From Eledone cirrhosa (lineage: Eukaryota), in contig OZ024742.1 in assembly GCA_964016885.1 (NCBI GenBank), positions 316,076,001-316,140,000 on the forward strand: 64,000 bases of DNA, in the 5' to 3' direction. A model generated the notes under the pieces. That model worked only from the letters and a program-made list of their open reading frames with translations, did no database searches and had not been told where the DNA came from. Position numbers and translations under genes: made by a program. This document shows, one piece after another, positions 37,440 through 50,609 of this stretch; positions within the stretch are counted from its first letter, which is position 1; each line of letters begins with the position of its first letter.

Positions 37440-38023
37440 GGTAATATGTCTCCCAGTACAACCCGTCTCATGGTCGAGTCGTTGGCGACTAAACTGGCAA
37501 CCCCACCAAGGTTTCTTGGTGAGGAGGGTGACTTTGGACATCCTGCAGGATTAAAAACAAAACCTGTCAAAGGGCAAAGGAGCTGTTAAGAGTCAATGGC
37601 CATCCAAAATCACCGGGAGAGATAACCCCTTAGACTTTGTCAGGGCAGAATTCTAGGAGAAGGAAAACTCTGATATAACACCTGCAACCCTGATGGTATC
37701 CAATGATGTTGACTTGTTCTTCTTTCTGGTACATATCATCTTGGTTAAGAGAGTGGGACTGGCTTTGTGCAGTGCCTTTGCTCACTATAAAAGCTTCACG
37801 GCACAGGCATTGCTTTATATCTGGAGATCTCTCTGCACTTGTCGTCAAATGGTACCATGGGCCCAGCACTATGTGTCAATAATTGTCACAAGTGTAGTGT
37901 TTGTACCAGAGTTTTCAAGTCGCTGGCTGGACTAAAAATTCACACTCGTTCAGCGCATCGGTAGGGGTTCTCCTACATGGATATAAAGTAGTGGCCGTAC
38001 TCGAAAACGAGTTGGCAGCCACC
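37440..38023 (+). mobile_element. Non-autonomous bipartite RTE derivative, copy 2
   Basis: Near-identical to 1717-2300; encodes CSVCTRVFKSLAGLKIHTRSAHR*. Confidence 0.75.
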
Positions 38024-38269
38024 TTATATATATATATATTATATATATACACGCACACACACATAAAGAGAGAGATAGAGAGTTGGAAAGCGGACGAAAG
38101 ATATATATATATTACCGGAAATTAAAGTCAATCTGGTAATAGCAAAAAAAACATCTACATCGCTGTCATTAGTGTCATCATCATCATTTTGATCACCATC
38201 ATCATCATCAACATTATCATCATCACATTCGTCGAACAACTGAAAAGTCAGTAGCATAACAATAATAAT

Positions 38270-38637
38270 TGTTTCTACGTTTGGCACAAGGCCAGCAATT
38301 AACCAGTGTATTTCTGGTACTTTATTTTATCGACCCCGTAAGGATGAAAGGCAAAGTCAACCTCGGCGGGATTTGAACTCAGATCGTAAAGGGACGTAAC
38401 TATGCTGGAAAGCATGGCGTCCGACCCTCTACCGATACTGCCAATCCAAATAATTGTTTCTACTTTTGGCACAAGGCCAGCAATTACCCAGTACATTACT
38501 GGTACTTTATTTTATCGACCCCGTAAGGATGAAAGGCAAAGTCAACCTCGGCGGGATTTGAACTCAGATTGTAAAGGGACGTAACTATGCTGGAAAGCAT
38601 GGCGTCCGACTCTCTACCGATACTGCCAATCCACCGC
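38270..38637 (-). mobile_element. Two head-to-tail tRNA-SINE copies
   Basis: Same SINE family; CCAATCCAAATAAT at 38441-38454 and 38637-38650. Confidence 0.9.
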
Positions 38638-38667
38638 CAATCCAAATAATGCACATTGATAATGATA

Positions 38668-38676
38668 GTGGTGGTG

Positions 38677-38723
<47 letters not shown>

Positions 38724-38842
38724 TGTAGCAGTAGTAGTAGTAGTAGTTGTATCAGTAGTACTAGTAGTAGTATTAGTAGCAACAGCAGCAGCAGTAATAC
38801 TAGTGGTAGTAGTAATGGTAGTAGAAGTGGTAGTAGTAGTAT

Positions 38843-38873
<31 letters not shown>

Positions 38874-39040
38874 GGTAGTAGTAATAGTAGTAGTAGTATT
38901 AGTAGTAGTATTGGCGGTGCTGGTGGTGGCGGTGGTGGTAGTGGTTGTAATAGTAGTAGTAGCATTAGTAGCAGTATTGATGGTGGAGGTTGCAGTGTTA
39001 TTGACAACAACAAGAACAACAACAACGACAACAACAATAA
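38668..39040. repeat. (TAG)n/(TGG)n/(CAA)n trinucleotide tract
   Basis: Direct reading. Confidence 0.95.
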
Positions 39041-39342
39041 TTTATTTGTAATAACAACGACAGCTCTCTCATCTTCAGTATTTCCAATCACTTCCATTAG
39101 TTGTTCTTTCAGTACTATCGCCATTACTACCTCCACCAAGATCAGCACTTGGAGTAACTTCGGCATTTCCATCTTATTCTGACCTCCTCAGATATAATGT
39201 TTTGTTTTCTACTTTTGGCACTAGTTTTGGCCAAGTGCTTTATTTTATCGACCTCGTCAGGATGAAAGGCTAAGTTATGTATGTATGTATGTATGTATGT
39301 ATGTATGTATGTATGTATGTATGTATGTATGTATGTATGTAT

Positions 39343-39640
39343 GTTCTTCTGGTTTTATAATTTCACAAATTTTTCGAAATAGAGAGAGAGAGTCGGTTTC
39401 TAACATAGACACAAGAATCTGTCATTGGAATTTATACAACATCAACTAGGTAGATTATGTATGCATGTATGTGTAGATATGGATGTGTATGTATTGAGTT
39501 GTATGTGTGCATGTGCATATGCTTTGTATCTGTACATGTGTATATGCAGTTATTAGATGCCAAACCTTTGGAATGTTTTACATATTTTTACTGTTCCATT
39601 AATGGATTGTACTTGTAATTTCCTAATAAGTTGTGTTCTT
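39343..39640 (-). mobile_element. 5'-truncated R4/Dong-like LINE (3' end only)
   Basis: Homologous to 40548-40865; flanked by (TATG)n on both sides. Confidence 0.88.
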
Positions 39641-39692
39641 GTATGTATGTATGTATGTATGTATGTATGTATGTATGTATGTATGTATGTAT

Positions 39693-40458
39693 GTTATCTC
39701 TTTCTCTAAATTTCGAGTATATTTTTTTGACCGGCCACCTTCCTGGTGGCAAGGTTGTAAAAGAAAAGAAATTGTCATCCCTTGAATCTCAAGAATGTTT
39801 TGAAAATTTTGAAGGTGCCAGCTATCGCAACCATTTGCAGACTATGAATTAGGGAGCTGCGCTCTTTGTCCGTAAATCCAAGTTCAGTCATACTTTGGTC
39901 CAAGCGGGTTGGTATATAACCTGTAGCTCCAATAATGATGGGTATGAAGCTAAAGGTGTATCTTGGATACTGGATTTGTAAACTCCTCATCAATGGTCCG
40001 TAGATGTCCTCCTTCTCTTGTATTTTTCTGACAACGTTTACAGCAAGTGGGCAGCTGATCTCCACAACAGAACACGTTTTCAATGTGTGGTCCCAAACAA
40101 CAATATCAGGCCGGTTGTGCTTTAATTTGGTGGCAGTTTTTATTTTCAGGTTCCACCAGTATTCCTTAGTGCCATCTGTCTCAATATATTCTTCCTCGTT
40201 TGTTGTTAATTTTGTTTTCCGAAGTGCGTTCCAGATGGTTCTAGCTATCCCATCGTGTCTCATGTGGAGGTAGTAGCGAGATGACATTCTTTCGCAGCTG
40301 GCAACAATGTGGCTTACATCCTCGATCTTTATTTTACATAGCCTACATTTATTGTCAGCTGCTGGCCCTCCTCTTTTGTGCAGCAGATATTTGGTAGGTA
40401 GTTCTTGATCTGTATTGCATAGAGATATCCCTCAAGGTGTGATGTCATTAACTTGTCG
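39693..40458 (-). mobile_element. 5'-truncated R4/Dong-like LINE of a second family (RLE domain plus short 3' UTR)
   Basis: RHDGIA, HNRPDIVVWD, VVEISCP, EKEDIY, IPIIIGATG; 3' UTR unrelated to its neighbours; (TATG)n on both sides. Confidence 0.9.
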
Positions 40459-40547
40459 GAACTCCATGCCAGGCTTTTTGTATGTATGTATGTATGTATG
40501 TATGTATGTATGTATGTATGTATGTATGTATGTATGTATGTATGTAT

Positions 40548-43500
40548 GTTCTTCTGGTTTTATAATTTCACCAAGTTTTACCAATAGAGAGAGAGTCGGT
40601 TTCTAATATAGACACAAGACTCTCTCATTGGAATTTACACAACATCAACTAGGTAGATATGTATGTATGCATGCATGTGTAGATATGGATGTTATTGTAT
40701 GTGTGGATGTATATGTTTTGAGTTGTATGTGTGGATGTGTATATGCTTTGTATCTGTACATGTGTATATGCAGTTAATAGATGCAACATTTTTGGAATAT
40801 TTTACATACTTTTACTGTTCCATTAATGGATTTTACTTGTAATTTCCTAACTAGTTGTGTTCTTTCTGTTCCTGTGAAGCCTAGCTTCTCAAGATTTGTA
40901 TTGAGGCAGTTACTAACATATCCCAGTGCCCCAATAATCACAGGCATAAATCTGAAGGTGTAATCAGGGTGGAGTATCTGCAGATTTCTCATCAGTTCTG
41001 CATAAATATTCTCCTTTTCACTAATCTTTGATATTATATTTGCATCTGCAGGGCAGCTAATTTCCACTACTGTGCATGCTTTATTCTCCCTGTCCCATAT
41101 CATAATATCTGGTCTGTTATGCCTGCATTTTATTGGGGTTTTTACTGGAACATTCCACCAGTACTCTTTCATATTATGTACATGGATGTCTTCCACATTG
41201 CTGTAACTTTTAATGTGTTTATTATCGGGGCTATCTTTTTTACGAACTGCATTGTACAGTGTTTTGGCCACTACATCATGCCTTATAGGTAGATAGTACC
41301 GCGATGACATCTTTCGACAGCTGCTGATGACATGGGTGATATCCTCGATGTTAGTTCTGCAGAGTCTGCACTTATTATCACATCTAGGTGTTTTGCCTGC
41401 ATCCCTATCTCTTTTGTGAATCAGGTATTTCGTGTTAATCTCCTGTTCTTGGATTACAAAAGCGTATCCTTCAAAGTGGGAGCCAATATAGTGGTTGTTG
41501 GTCCAAGATAGACTACTTTCTTTATGTATATTACTCTCACTCTGGAGCTTCCTGGGAACATATCCATGCATGATTCTTTGTTGACATGTATGCAGTTTTT
41601 CATTCATGGATTTACTGTGATACTGCTGAGCGACTTTCCTGGGTGTGAGTTTTTGATTATCACACAGGGAATATCTCTCAACTCTCATGATCTTATATGT
41701 TTCATGCAGATAGACCTGCTCGAGAAACGGGCTCCTACGCTTCGAGGTTCGTAGATGTTGTCGGAGAGATATGATGCGACATTCAATTGTTGTCTGGACT
41801 GATGTTAGGCGTCTGCCTCCCTGCTTACGTTTCAAGTAAAGGCTGTCTATGTCACTGTTGATGTTTCCGGTGTTGTTTAGTATTTTTCGAGTTCCAACAT
41901 GAACTGCTCGGATTTCGTTTATCGTCCAATTGAGTATTCCAAACGTTGGTGTTAGGACAGGCACAGCAAACACATTGTTAGTCACTGTTTTGTTTTGCGC
42001 AGAGAGTTCCGATGACCAGATCTTTCTTAATCGGGTGTAGTATTCTCTGGTTACGCGTTCTTTATTACAGATATCATTATAGGATATGTTATCACCTATC
42101 CCCAGGTATCTGTAGCAGTCCTCATCAGATATGGGTGAAACAGTTAGGCCATTGATGACAATGTTGCTAGATTGGGTTGTTGTTTTTTCCCGCTTTACAG
42201 TCATGTATGAGCATTTATCTTGGCCACAATCCATTCCTATATCCTTTGAGAACGTTGTAACCAGGTCAAGATTTTTCTTCATCCCATCCATGTTCTTGGC
42301 ATAGAGTTTCAGATCGTCCACAAAGAAATTATGGGTTAGGTTCGTATTTCTGTCCTCCTGTGAGCCAATGATGTATCCCTCACATTTCTTGAGCAGAAAG
42401 GACAAGGGGTTTAATGACAAGATGAATAATATCACAAAGAGACTGTTCCCCTGAAATATACCCCTGCGATATTTTATTTTATCAGTGAAAATAGAGTCCT
42501 CCCTCTCTGTTTTTAAGCTTAGGATAGTAGCCCAAGAAGAAGACAGCCTCTCTATGGCTCTGACAATAATGTCTGGGACTTTAGCAAGTTGCAGGGCCTC
42601 TATCATCCAAGAGTGGGGAACAGAATCGAAAGCTTTCTTGTAGTTCAGCCAGACTGTAGTCATATTCCTCCTAAGTTGTCACACCTCCGACATCACAGTT
42701 TTGTTGATTAGGAGTTGTTCAGCACATCCCCAAAGCCCTTTCTTTCCAGCTACTTGTTCATCTGTGATGATGTTATTATTTTCACAGTGATCTTGGACGA
42801 ATAGGTTCAGGCAGGCTGTATACATCTTATACATCAAGTTCTGGCATTCAATGGGTCGGTAGTTTTTTGCCAAGTGAGTGTCCTTGTTCTTGGGGACCAG
42901 TAATGTTTGTGCCAATGTCAACCATTCTGGTATAAGTGTATCTCCCTTAAGAACTTGTTGGTAGAGGTCAGTAAGATACCTCCGATAGAATATCAGTTTT
43001 TCGTACCAGTAGCCGACAATCATGTCTCCTCCTGGTGTTTTCTTATCTTGGAGTTTTCCTATCACAGTCTCTATGGTACCCTCACTTATTTCATATGTTT
43101 TTGTTGTAGTGTAGGAGCAATAGTTCTTTCGGATTTCTCTTAGCCACACTGCATCTTGGTTGAAATTCTTCTTTTCACCCCATATTTTGCTCCAAAAAGG
43201 AATCTATGTCATTCTGGGATGGGGCGTCAGTGACACTTATTATTTTGCCCTTCATATCTCTATAGACTGATGTTTGGTTTCGTCTGAATCTTTTATTAAG
43301 CACTTTTCTCTCATCTACCTTCTTCAGGTATCGGCGTTTTTCACTAACAGCTCTCAATTCTTGTTTGAGGGTGATCAGCTTATATTGGAGAGTTCTGGTT
43401 CTACTGTTACCAAACATCGTCTCTATTTTATTTTTCACTCTTTGTTGGTGAGGAGTGAGGTTTTTTGTGTGTTTGTTTGCATGTAAGGAGCATTGTCACA

Positions 43501-44635
43501 TATCCTGTTTTTTCGTAGGTCAGCACTCTTTATTTCTATTTTAGTTATATATGATGGTATTTTTGGTGGTGTTCTGTTTTTGTTAATATCTCTGCTATCA
43601 CCAAGATAATGCTTCACTGTCGTTGCTAAGGCATATAAACAGGCGTTGATTTGCCAAAATGTTGGGGTTTTTACCTGTCATAAATATTAATCCCCTATTT
43701 CGTCAATAACACGTAATATTTAATTATTTGTTCTTTTTATTAAACATTGTCGTTTTAATACGTTCAGCAAGAGAGATATTTATACATGAATTAATTTCTC
43801 TCTGGAAGATTTCGTTGATGGAAAATTTCAATTGTTTATACTTTTGATTATCATTATCGATAGTATTTTCCACAACAGTCGAGGTAGATTCGGATGGTAC
43901 ACGTGGTGTCAAATTTCCTCGATTATTATTATTATCGATAGTGTTTTCCCCAGCATTCGAGGTAGACTTAGATGGTACAGGTGGTGTAAAGTTTCTTACA
44001 GGTATAGTTGTTTCAAGGCACTGTTCGACCTGGCTGCTAGGAAGTCTAATAACATAGCGACATGTAGCACGTGTTGTTGATCCCATGTTTGTTGTGAGGG
44101 ACTTACAATTAATAATATTTATCTTATTTTTACGTTCAACAAACGTTGTTTGTTGGCGTAATTGTTTCGCTGTGAAATAATTTAGCTCTGGGTGCATTTC
44201 GTCCCAGTGTAGCTTCATTCTGTTCATATAACCAATAGAGGGATTGTTTTTTGCCATTTTATAACAATTAAATAAATCATTATTAAGTTCGCAACTCCAA
44301 GAGAAATGCCATTTATAATTTCGGTTTCTTCTGTAGCTACAACTGAATAAAGTTTATTTACCTTCCTTGTTATTTGTCTTCGGTACTTCCTTAATTTTAT
44401 TGTTGATGTTGTGTTCAGCCATGCTGTTTGTAGCAAATCCTTGTAAAATGAATTATGTATTTAGTTGGATATCTCTACGAATTCGAATAAAAAGTGTCTT
44501 CAGAAGATATAGTTAGAAGAATAACCAGTTATTCAACCTGGCTGTAGTTGTGGCATTACTGTCGGAGATAGTATTCATCTTAAATTTAATAAATAGTCTC
44601 CCACGCGAAAATATGCGACTGATCGCGTTGACTGT
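40548..44635 (-). mobile_element. Apparently full-length R4/Dong-clade non-LTR retrotransposon (single ORF, RT plus restriction-like endonuclease), decayed
   Basis: N-terminal GYMNRMKLHWDEMHP; RT NYRPI, YKKAFDSVPH, IFQGNSL, FFVDDLK; CRLC..HVISSC, RHD, NRPDIMIWD, VVEISCP. (TATG)n at both ends. Confidence 0.92.
40774..44436 (-). pseudogene. R4/Dong-like ORF (frameshifted into at least 5 pieces)
   Basis: ORFs 43724-44257, 43435-43617, 43175-43438, 42679-43149 and 40774-42663 are collinear pieces. Confidence 0.9.
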
Positions 44636-44944
44636 ATATGTATGTATGCATGTATGTATGCATGTATGTATGTATGCATGTATGTATGTATGTATGATTG
44701 TGTGCATGTATATATCTATGTATCTATATATGTATATATGTATGTATGTATTTATGTCTGTCTGTCTGTATGTATGTATGCATGTCTGTCTGTCTGTCAG
44801 CATGTATGTATGCATGTCTGTCTGTATGCATTCATGTATGTATGTACGCATGCATGTATGTATGCATGTATGTATGCATGTCTGTTTGTCTGTCTGTATG
44901 TATGTATATATTTATGTAGATATGTATGAATGTATGCGCACATG

Positions 44945-45325
44945 GAAATACTCGGTTTGGTGCCAGAGCGTGAGGTTAGCCCACCGAGATTGAGAGACCC
45001 TTAGTCCTTGTTAGGACATCATTCTAGAAGGAAAACACCGGAGTAAAACCTGCGACTTAATTGCAGCCAATAATGTTGACCTGTCACTGTTGTTCAGAGA
45101 ATGGGATTGGTCCAATCAAGGCATTTCTTCACTTCAAGAGGCTTCAAGCACAGGCATTATTTTATCTAAACAACTTTCATGTGTTACGTGAGAATGACCT
45201 TATCGTTTTCTACGGCTGCAGTTTATGCAGAAAGGAATCTAAGCCCTCGACAGGGCTAAAAAGTCATATTTGTGAGACCCCTATATGAGAACAAGGATGG
45301 GATTTCTAGAAATTGAGATGTAACT
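44945..45325 (+). mobile_element. Diverged bipartite RTE derivative, copy 3
   Basis: CCCTTAGTCCTTGTTAGGACATCATTCTAGAAGGAAAAC; GCACAGGCATT; C2H2 remnant GCSLCRKESKPSTGLKSH. Confidence 0.6.
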
Positions 45326-45394
45326 ATTATGTATGTATGTATGTATGTATGTATGTATGTATGTATGTATGTATGTATGTATGTATGTATGTAT

Positions 45395-45788
45395 GTCAGG
45401 TCACTCTTGAGTGCTACTGGTAACATTTAACCCAGTACAACCTGTCTCATGGTCGGGTCGTCGGCAACCATCCAAATAGTACTTTTTTTTAAAACCTAGG
45501 AGTGAAAGGCCCTCAATTGTTGTCACAACACCTGTCTAAGAGAGGGAAATAAAAAAAAACCCTGCGGTTTCGGAAGTATCCGATGATGTTGACCAGTTCT
45601 CCTTTTCGGGTAGTGTTTTCAATGTTCAGAGAGTGGGATTGGTCGAGTGCAAGGCCTTTCCCCTCTTAAAAAACCTTCAAACCACAGGCATTGCTGGTTC
45701 AGGATATGTTACGGTTCGTGTGGCTGGGCATAGCCTAAAAGTGAACCAACTCTATAACCTGACAAGCCATTTGGTACTCTTATGCGTG

Positions 45789-45790
<2 letters not shown>
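45395..45790 (+). mobile_element. Diverged bipartite RTE derivative, copy 4
   Basis: Starts GTCAGGTCAC..GTGCTACTGGTAACAT..CCCAGTACAACCTGTCTCATGGTCGGGTCG as in copy 1; shares GATGTTGAC and GAGAGTGGGATTGG blocks. Confidence 0.7.
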
Positions 45791-45830
<40 letters not shown>

Positions 45831-45834
45831 TAAA

Positions 45835-46546
45835 TATTTACACATACACCAATTAAACAAAGTCACAGGTATATATGTGTTTTGGCAACTTTTCACGATG
45901 TGGCTCAATGGAGAATTAATAAATTAAATAATCAGAGCAAAATACTATAGAGTAAAGCATGTCCAGAGAATTATTTGATAATATATATACATCATCTCTA
46001 TTCCCAATCAGCATAATTAACCACACAAAAAATCAATTAGACCAGGCTATAAGAATAAAAGGCATCTATGAAGAATCAGTAAATAAATACGCCACAGCAG
46101 CGTCTTCGCGTTCAACCGCTATAGAATATTTACCCAACATTTCAACAGCACGTGGAAATTAATTAAATATACGGTCAACCATACATAATTAGGTAAAATT
46201 AAAGTTAGAAATGCTTATATACATACCAGCATTAAATCACTAAATCCCATTTAATCCAGGTATGTATATAAGCATTTCTAACATTAATTTTTACCTAATT
46301 ATGTATGGTTGACCGTATATTTAATTAATTTCCACGTGCTGTTGAAATGTTGGGTAAATATTCTATAGCGGTCGTACGCGAAGACGCTGCTGTGGCGTAT
46401 TTATTTACTGTTTCTTCATAGACGCGTTTTATTCTTATAGCCTGGTCTAATTGATTTTTTTGTGTGGTTAATTATGCTGATTGGGAATAGAGATGATGTA
46501 TATATATTATCAAATAATTCTCTGGACATGCTTTACTCTATAGTAT
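45835..46546. mobile_element. Fold-back element (about 286-bp arms, 31-bp spacer), diverged relative of the 690-bp unit
   Basis: 45942-46227 versus 46259-46546. Shares collinear blocks AATCAGCATAATTAACCA, GCTCAATG.AGAATTAATAA and GTCAACC..AC.TAATTAG..GTAAAATTAAA.TTAGAA with 35603-36000. Confidence 0.8.
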
Positions 46547-47049
46547 ATATATATGTATGTATGTATGTATGTGTGTATGTATGTATGTGTGTATGTATGT
46601 ATGTATGTATGTATGTATGTATGTATGTATGTATGTATGTATGTATGTATGTATGCCGGGGTTGGGGTAGCCTGAGCATCCGCTCGTTACTAAAATACCA
46701 CAAATAACTGGTGTCTCGTATAACCTCTGACAACCGAAGCCCAACTCCTGGCCTTGCCGTGGTGGAGATATATGTATACGTATGGCTTCCCCATACATAC
46801 ACATACGTGCATAGACACATTTACACTCATATCATACACACATGTACATACATACAGAAATACAAACATACATACATACATACAGGTTTTTTTTCTCGTG
46901 TGAAATGTGTTGCTGAATTATAAATTCTCTGAAACAATCTTGCATATATACCAAGTGACTGACGCCTACTTTGCTAAGTACGGAGAGGTTAAACTTATCT
47001 AATGGGGTCAGAACCAGATCGAAATCTGGACACTTACTTCCCAATAATG

Positions 47050-47359
47050 CACGCCTACCAACTTCATCCTATCGGTACACACACAACCACACCCATGACA
47101 CACCTGGAGCCTCCAATTCAGCCCTCACTCCCTAATGCAGAACCGCTCACCTACCATCTCTAACCTAATAGTCTTTTCCTAACTTTCCTTTCCTAACTTT
47201 CACGTAACACCTTTCATGTACCTACATGTCCTCTCTCCATCCGAACTTTCCCGACGAAGAACTTACGTCCGAAACGTAAAATCCCCCCCACTACCTCCAA
47301 ACGTGAACCGAATAAGACTTTGTATTTTTGTATCTCTGTGTTTGTTTTGTTTTATTTAA

Positions 47360-47360
<1 letters not shown>
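47050..47360 (+). mobile_element. PLE 3'/terminal-repeat fragment with degenerate hammerhead (47251-47278)
   Basis: CCGACGA-AGAAC-TTAC-GTCC-GAAA-C-GTA followed by CAAACGTGAACCGAATA. Confidence 0.55.
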
Positions 47361-47416
<56 letters not shown>

Positions 47417-47859
47417 GAGTATGTGTAGGGTATATATCTTTATATAAAGTATATATACTCATACCTGCGCTCCCTGTTTCATGCTACTGCGATCTTTAGG
47501 TGAGAATTATCCTTCTTTGATATTCCGTTAGGTTTAAGATACAATTTTACTTGTTTCCAAAGTTGTTTTATTAGGGAGTTATCTATGATTAGCGTGGTTT
47601 TATTTACAAATGATTTGGTTCTATGATTTCATTGTATGGCTCACTGTCGTTTAACTGTATATCCTTTCCTTTCCCTGAAGTTGTTTATCTTTATGTATCT
47701 TGATTTACAAGGGTTGTTATTTGTTTACCGCTTATTCATTGGTTGGTTCTCAATAGATGCCATACCTCTCTTTGTATTTCATTTTCTAACTCCTTTCTTT
47801 CGAAAGTAGTCTTTTTCTGAAATTATTTATTTTCATATCGTTCCTTATTTGCTGATACA

Positions 47860-48497
47860 TTATTTTATCAACACGGAAATATGAACGGCAAAGTTGACTT
47901 CGGTGGGATTTGAACTCAGAACGAAAATTGACGTAACTATGCGGCGAAGCAAGGTGCCCGACGCTCTACCGATGTAATATCCTCGAAGAAATACCCATTT
48001 TTTCTGAGACTCAATTAATAATGATTTCTACTGTAGAGACAAGGCGAGCAATTTGAAGGGCGGGGAGGGGGGGGGGGGGCGATTAAATCGACCCCAGTGC
48101 ATTACTAGTGCTTTATTTTGTCGACCCCGTAAGGATGAAAGGCAAAGTTAAACTGGGTGGGATTTGAACTCAGAACGTAAATTGACGTAACTATGCCGTC
48201 CTCTAATAATTGTTTTTACTTTTGGCACAAGGCCAGCAATTATCCCAGTACATTACTGGTACCTTATTTTATCGACCCCGTAAGGATGAAAGGCAAAGTT
48301 AACCTCGGCGGGATTTGAACTCGTAAAGGGACGTAACTATGCTGGAAAGCATGGCGTCCGACTCTACCGATACTGCCAATCCACCGCCCTCAATATTAAT
48401 AATTGTTTCTACTTTTGGGACAAGGCCAGAAATTACCCAGTACATTACTGGTACTTTATTTTATCGACCCCGTAAGGATGAAAGGGAAAGTTAACCC
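47860..48497 (-). mobile_element. Cluster of four tRNA-SINE copies or fragments
   Basis: Same SINE family; TSD CCCTCAATATTAATAAT at 48387-48403 and 48495-48511. Confidence 0.88.
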
Positions 48498-50108
48498 TCA
48501 ATATTAATAATAACCTTAAGATGGCGAATTGGCAAAGTCGTTGGAGCGTCGGCTAAAATGTCTTGTGCTATTCATTCTGGATGTCTGCTTTCTGATTTCA
48601 ACTCCCACCAAGACCAAGTTTACCAATCATGTTTATCGGGGAAGAGGGATGGGCGCTAAAAAATAGTACCAATTCAATACAGGAATCAATTCTTCTCTAT
48701 TGCGTTCTTTCTCGGCTTGTCTGCCTATCTATCTTTCTCCCAGTGGAAGGAATTGGCAGTGGTCAACCTTGAAGAAGATTGGGTGCCGTTAGGTTTTAAA
48801 TGGTAAAGACAGTGTCCCTACGATTTCATTAGGAGTTATGGAATTAGTGCTCTGCGAATAGCACACTTATAGTTGACACACACAGTAAAGTATCACAGAC
48901 CATTCTTATTACACACCCCTGCCTCGTATCTCTGTCTCAATAGTACCTCTTCATTATCTCAGACATGTTATATTTTGTTACCCACGTTTTCCCATCATTA
49001 CATAACTATTTCGTTTTTTTTCTTTTCCCAGCCTCTCTCTATTACATCTTTATATCTCTATATCTCTATCTTTATCTCTATATCTCTATCTATCTATATA
49101 TCTATATTTCTATCTTTATCTCTATATCTCTATCTATCTATATATGAACTAATTCTTAACATATTTCACACTCCTCACTCTCTTTGTGTCTATTTCTATG
49201 TCACCTCTTCCTCTTTTTTCCCTTTTTCCTCTCTCTCTCTCTGTCTCTGACTCTCTATCTCTCTCTCTCTCCCCCTCTCTCTCCCTCTCTCTCTCCCTTT
49301 CTCATTCATATACAACCTCACATTCTCTCAATTCTCGATTTCTCCTTTTCATTTAACTTAGCCTCCATATTTTCACCTAATTTCTCCAACTCAGCCTCTC
49401 TTTTCTATACTCCTACACCGAATATATGATATTTGTCTAGTTCTCCCCCCTCTCTCTCTCTCTCTCTCCCTTTCTCTCTCTCTCACACACACACACATAC
49501 AGTCCCTCCCTTTCTCTTTCACAAACACATACACACACCCCCTTTTTTCTCCCCCTCTCTCTCACTCTTTCTCCTCCTCTCTCTCACACACTCTTTCTGT
49601 CTCATTCACCGCCATTTTCCTCCACCCACACCTAAACAATAAACTTTATCAAACATCCTTTGTCCCAGACATTACATTTACCGTTTCAATTATTTTCAAT
49701 TCTGTAATTTTTTTTCACATTTTCATTTTACATTATTTTCAAACAACAGCATCAACAGTTACAAGAGAAACAACAACAGCAATAACAACAACGAAACCAG
49801 CTGAAGAATTACAATAGAAACAATATTATATCATGTTCCCACAGAAATGCTTTAAATGTACTTTCTAACACAGTACACATATTCATTCTTTCCCAGGTCT
49901 GCTACAATTCATCATTATCTACATAAATGGCTCCATGGAATTGCATTCTGCCGTGACATTCCGTCATTTGTCGGTTCCGTTCGTATGTCGGTTGGTGATG
50001 ACAGTTCATCATCACCATTGTCATCACCAATATCAATTACACAACCAGCACTACAACCACCTCGCCACCACAAAAGATAATACACACACATACACATACA
50101 CAACACAC

Positions 50109-50161
<53 letters not shown>

Positions 50162-50171
50162 GGAGGGGGTG

Positions 50172-50205
<34 letters not shown>

Positions 50206-50261
50206 TGTATGTATGTATGTATGTTTGTATGTATGTATGTATACATGTATGTATGTATAGA

Positions 50262-50598
50262 AATAGTCGGGCTGGACACCTGATCGCGCGGTTAAACCAC
50301 TGGGAGTGAAGGACTCCTAGCCTTTGTCAGGGCATTCTTCTAGGAGAAGGCAACTCAGGAAACTGGGATAACTCCGATATAAAACCTGCGGCTCAGTAGT
50401 TACCGATGATGTTGATCTTTTCTTCTTTTCGGGTTATAGCTACTGTCGCTCAGAGAGTGGGATTGGCTCAGTGCACAGTTTTTCCTCACTTTAAAAAATA
50501 TCTTCACGCACAGGCATTGCACGATAGAATTAATTAATAATTATTAATAATGGTATAACGTGCAATGGCCATACTCGATAACGAGGGGGCAGCCATCA
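50262..50598 (+). mobile_element. Diverged bipartite RTE derivative, copy 5
   Basis: TAGCCTTTGTCAGGGCATTCTTCTAGGAGAAGG..ACTCCGATATAAAACCTGC; terminal hairpin ATGGCCATACTCGATAACGAGGGGGCAGCCAT. Confidence 0.7.
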
Positions 50599-50609
50599 TG
50601 TATGTATGT

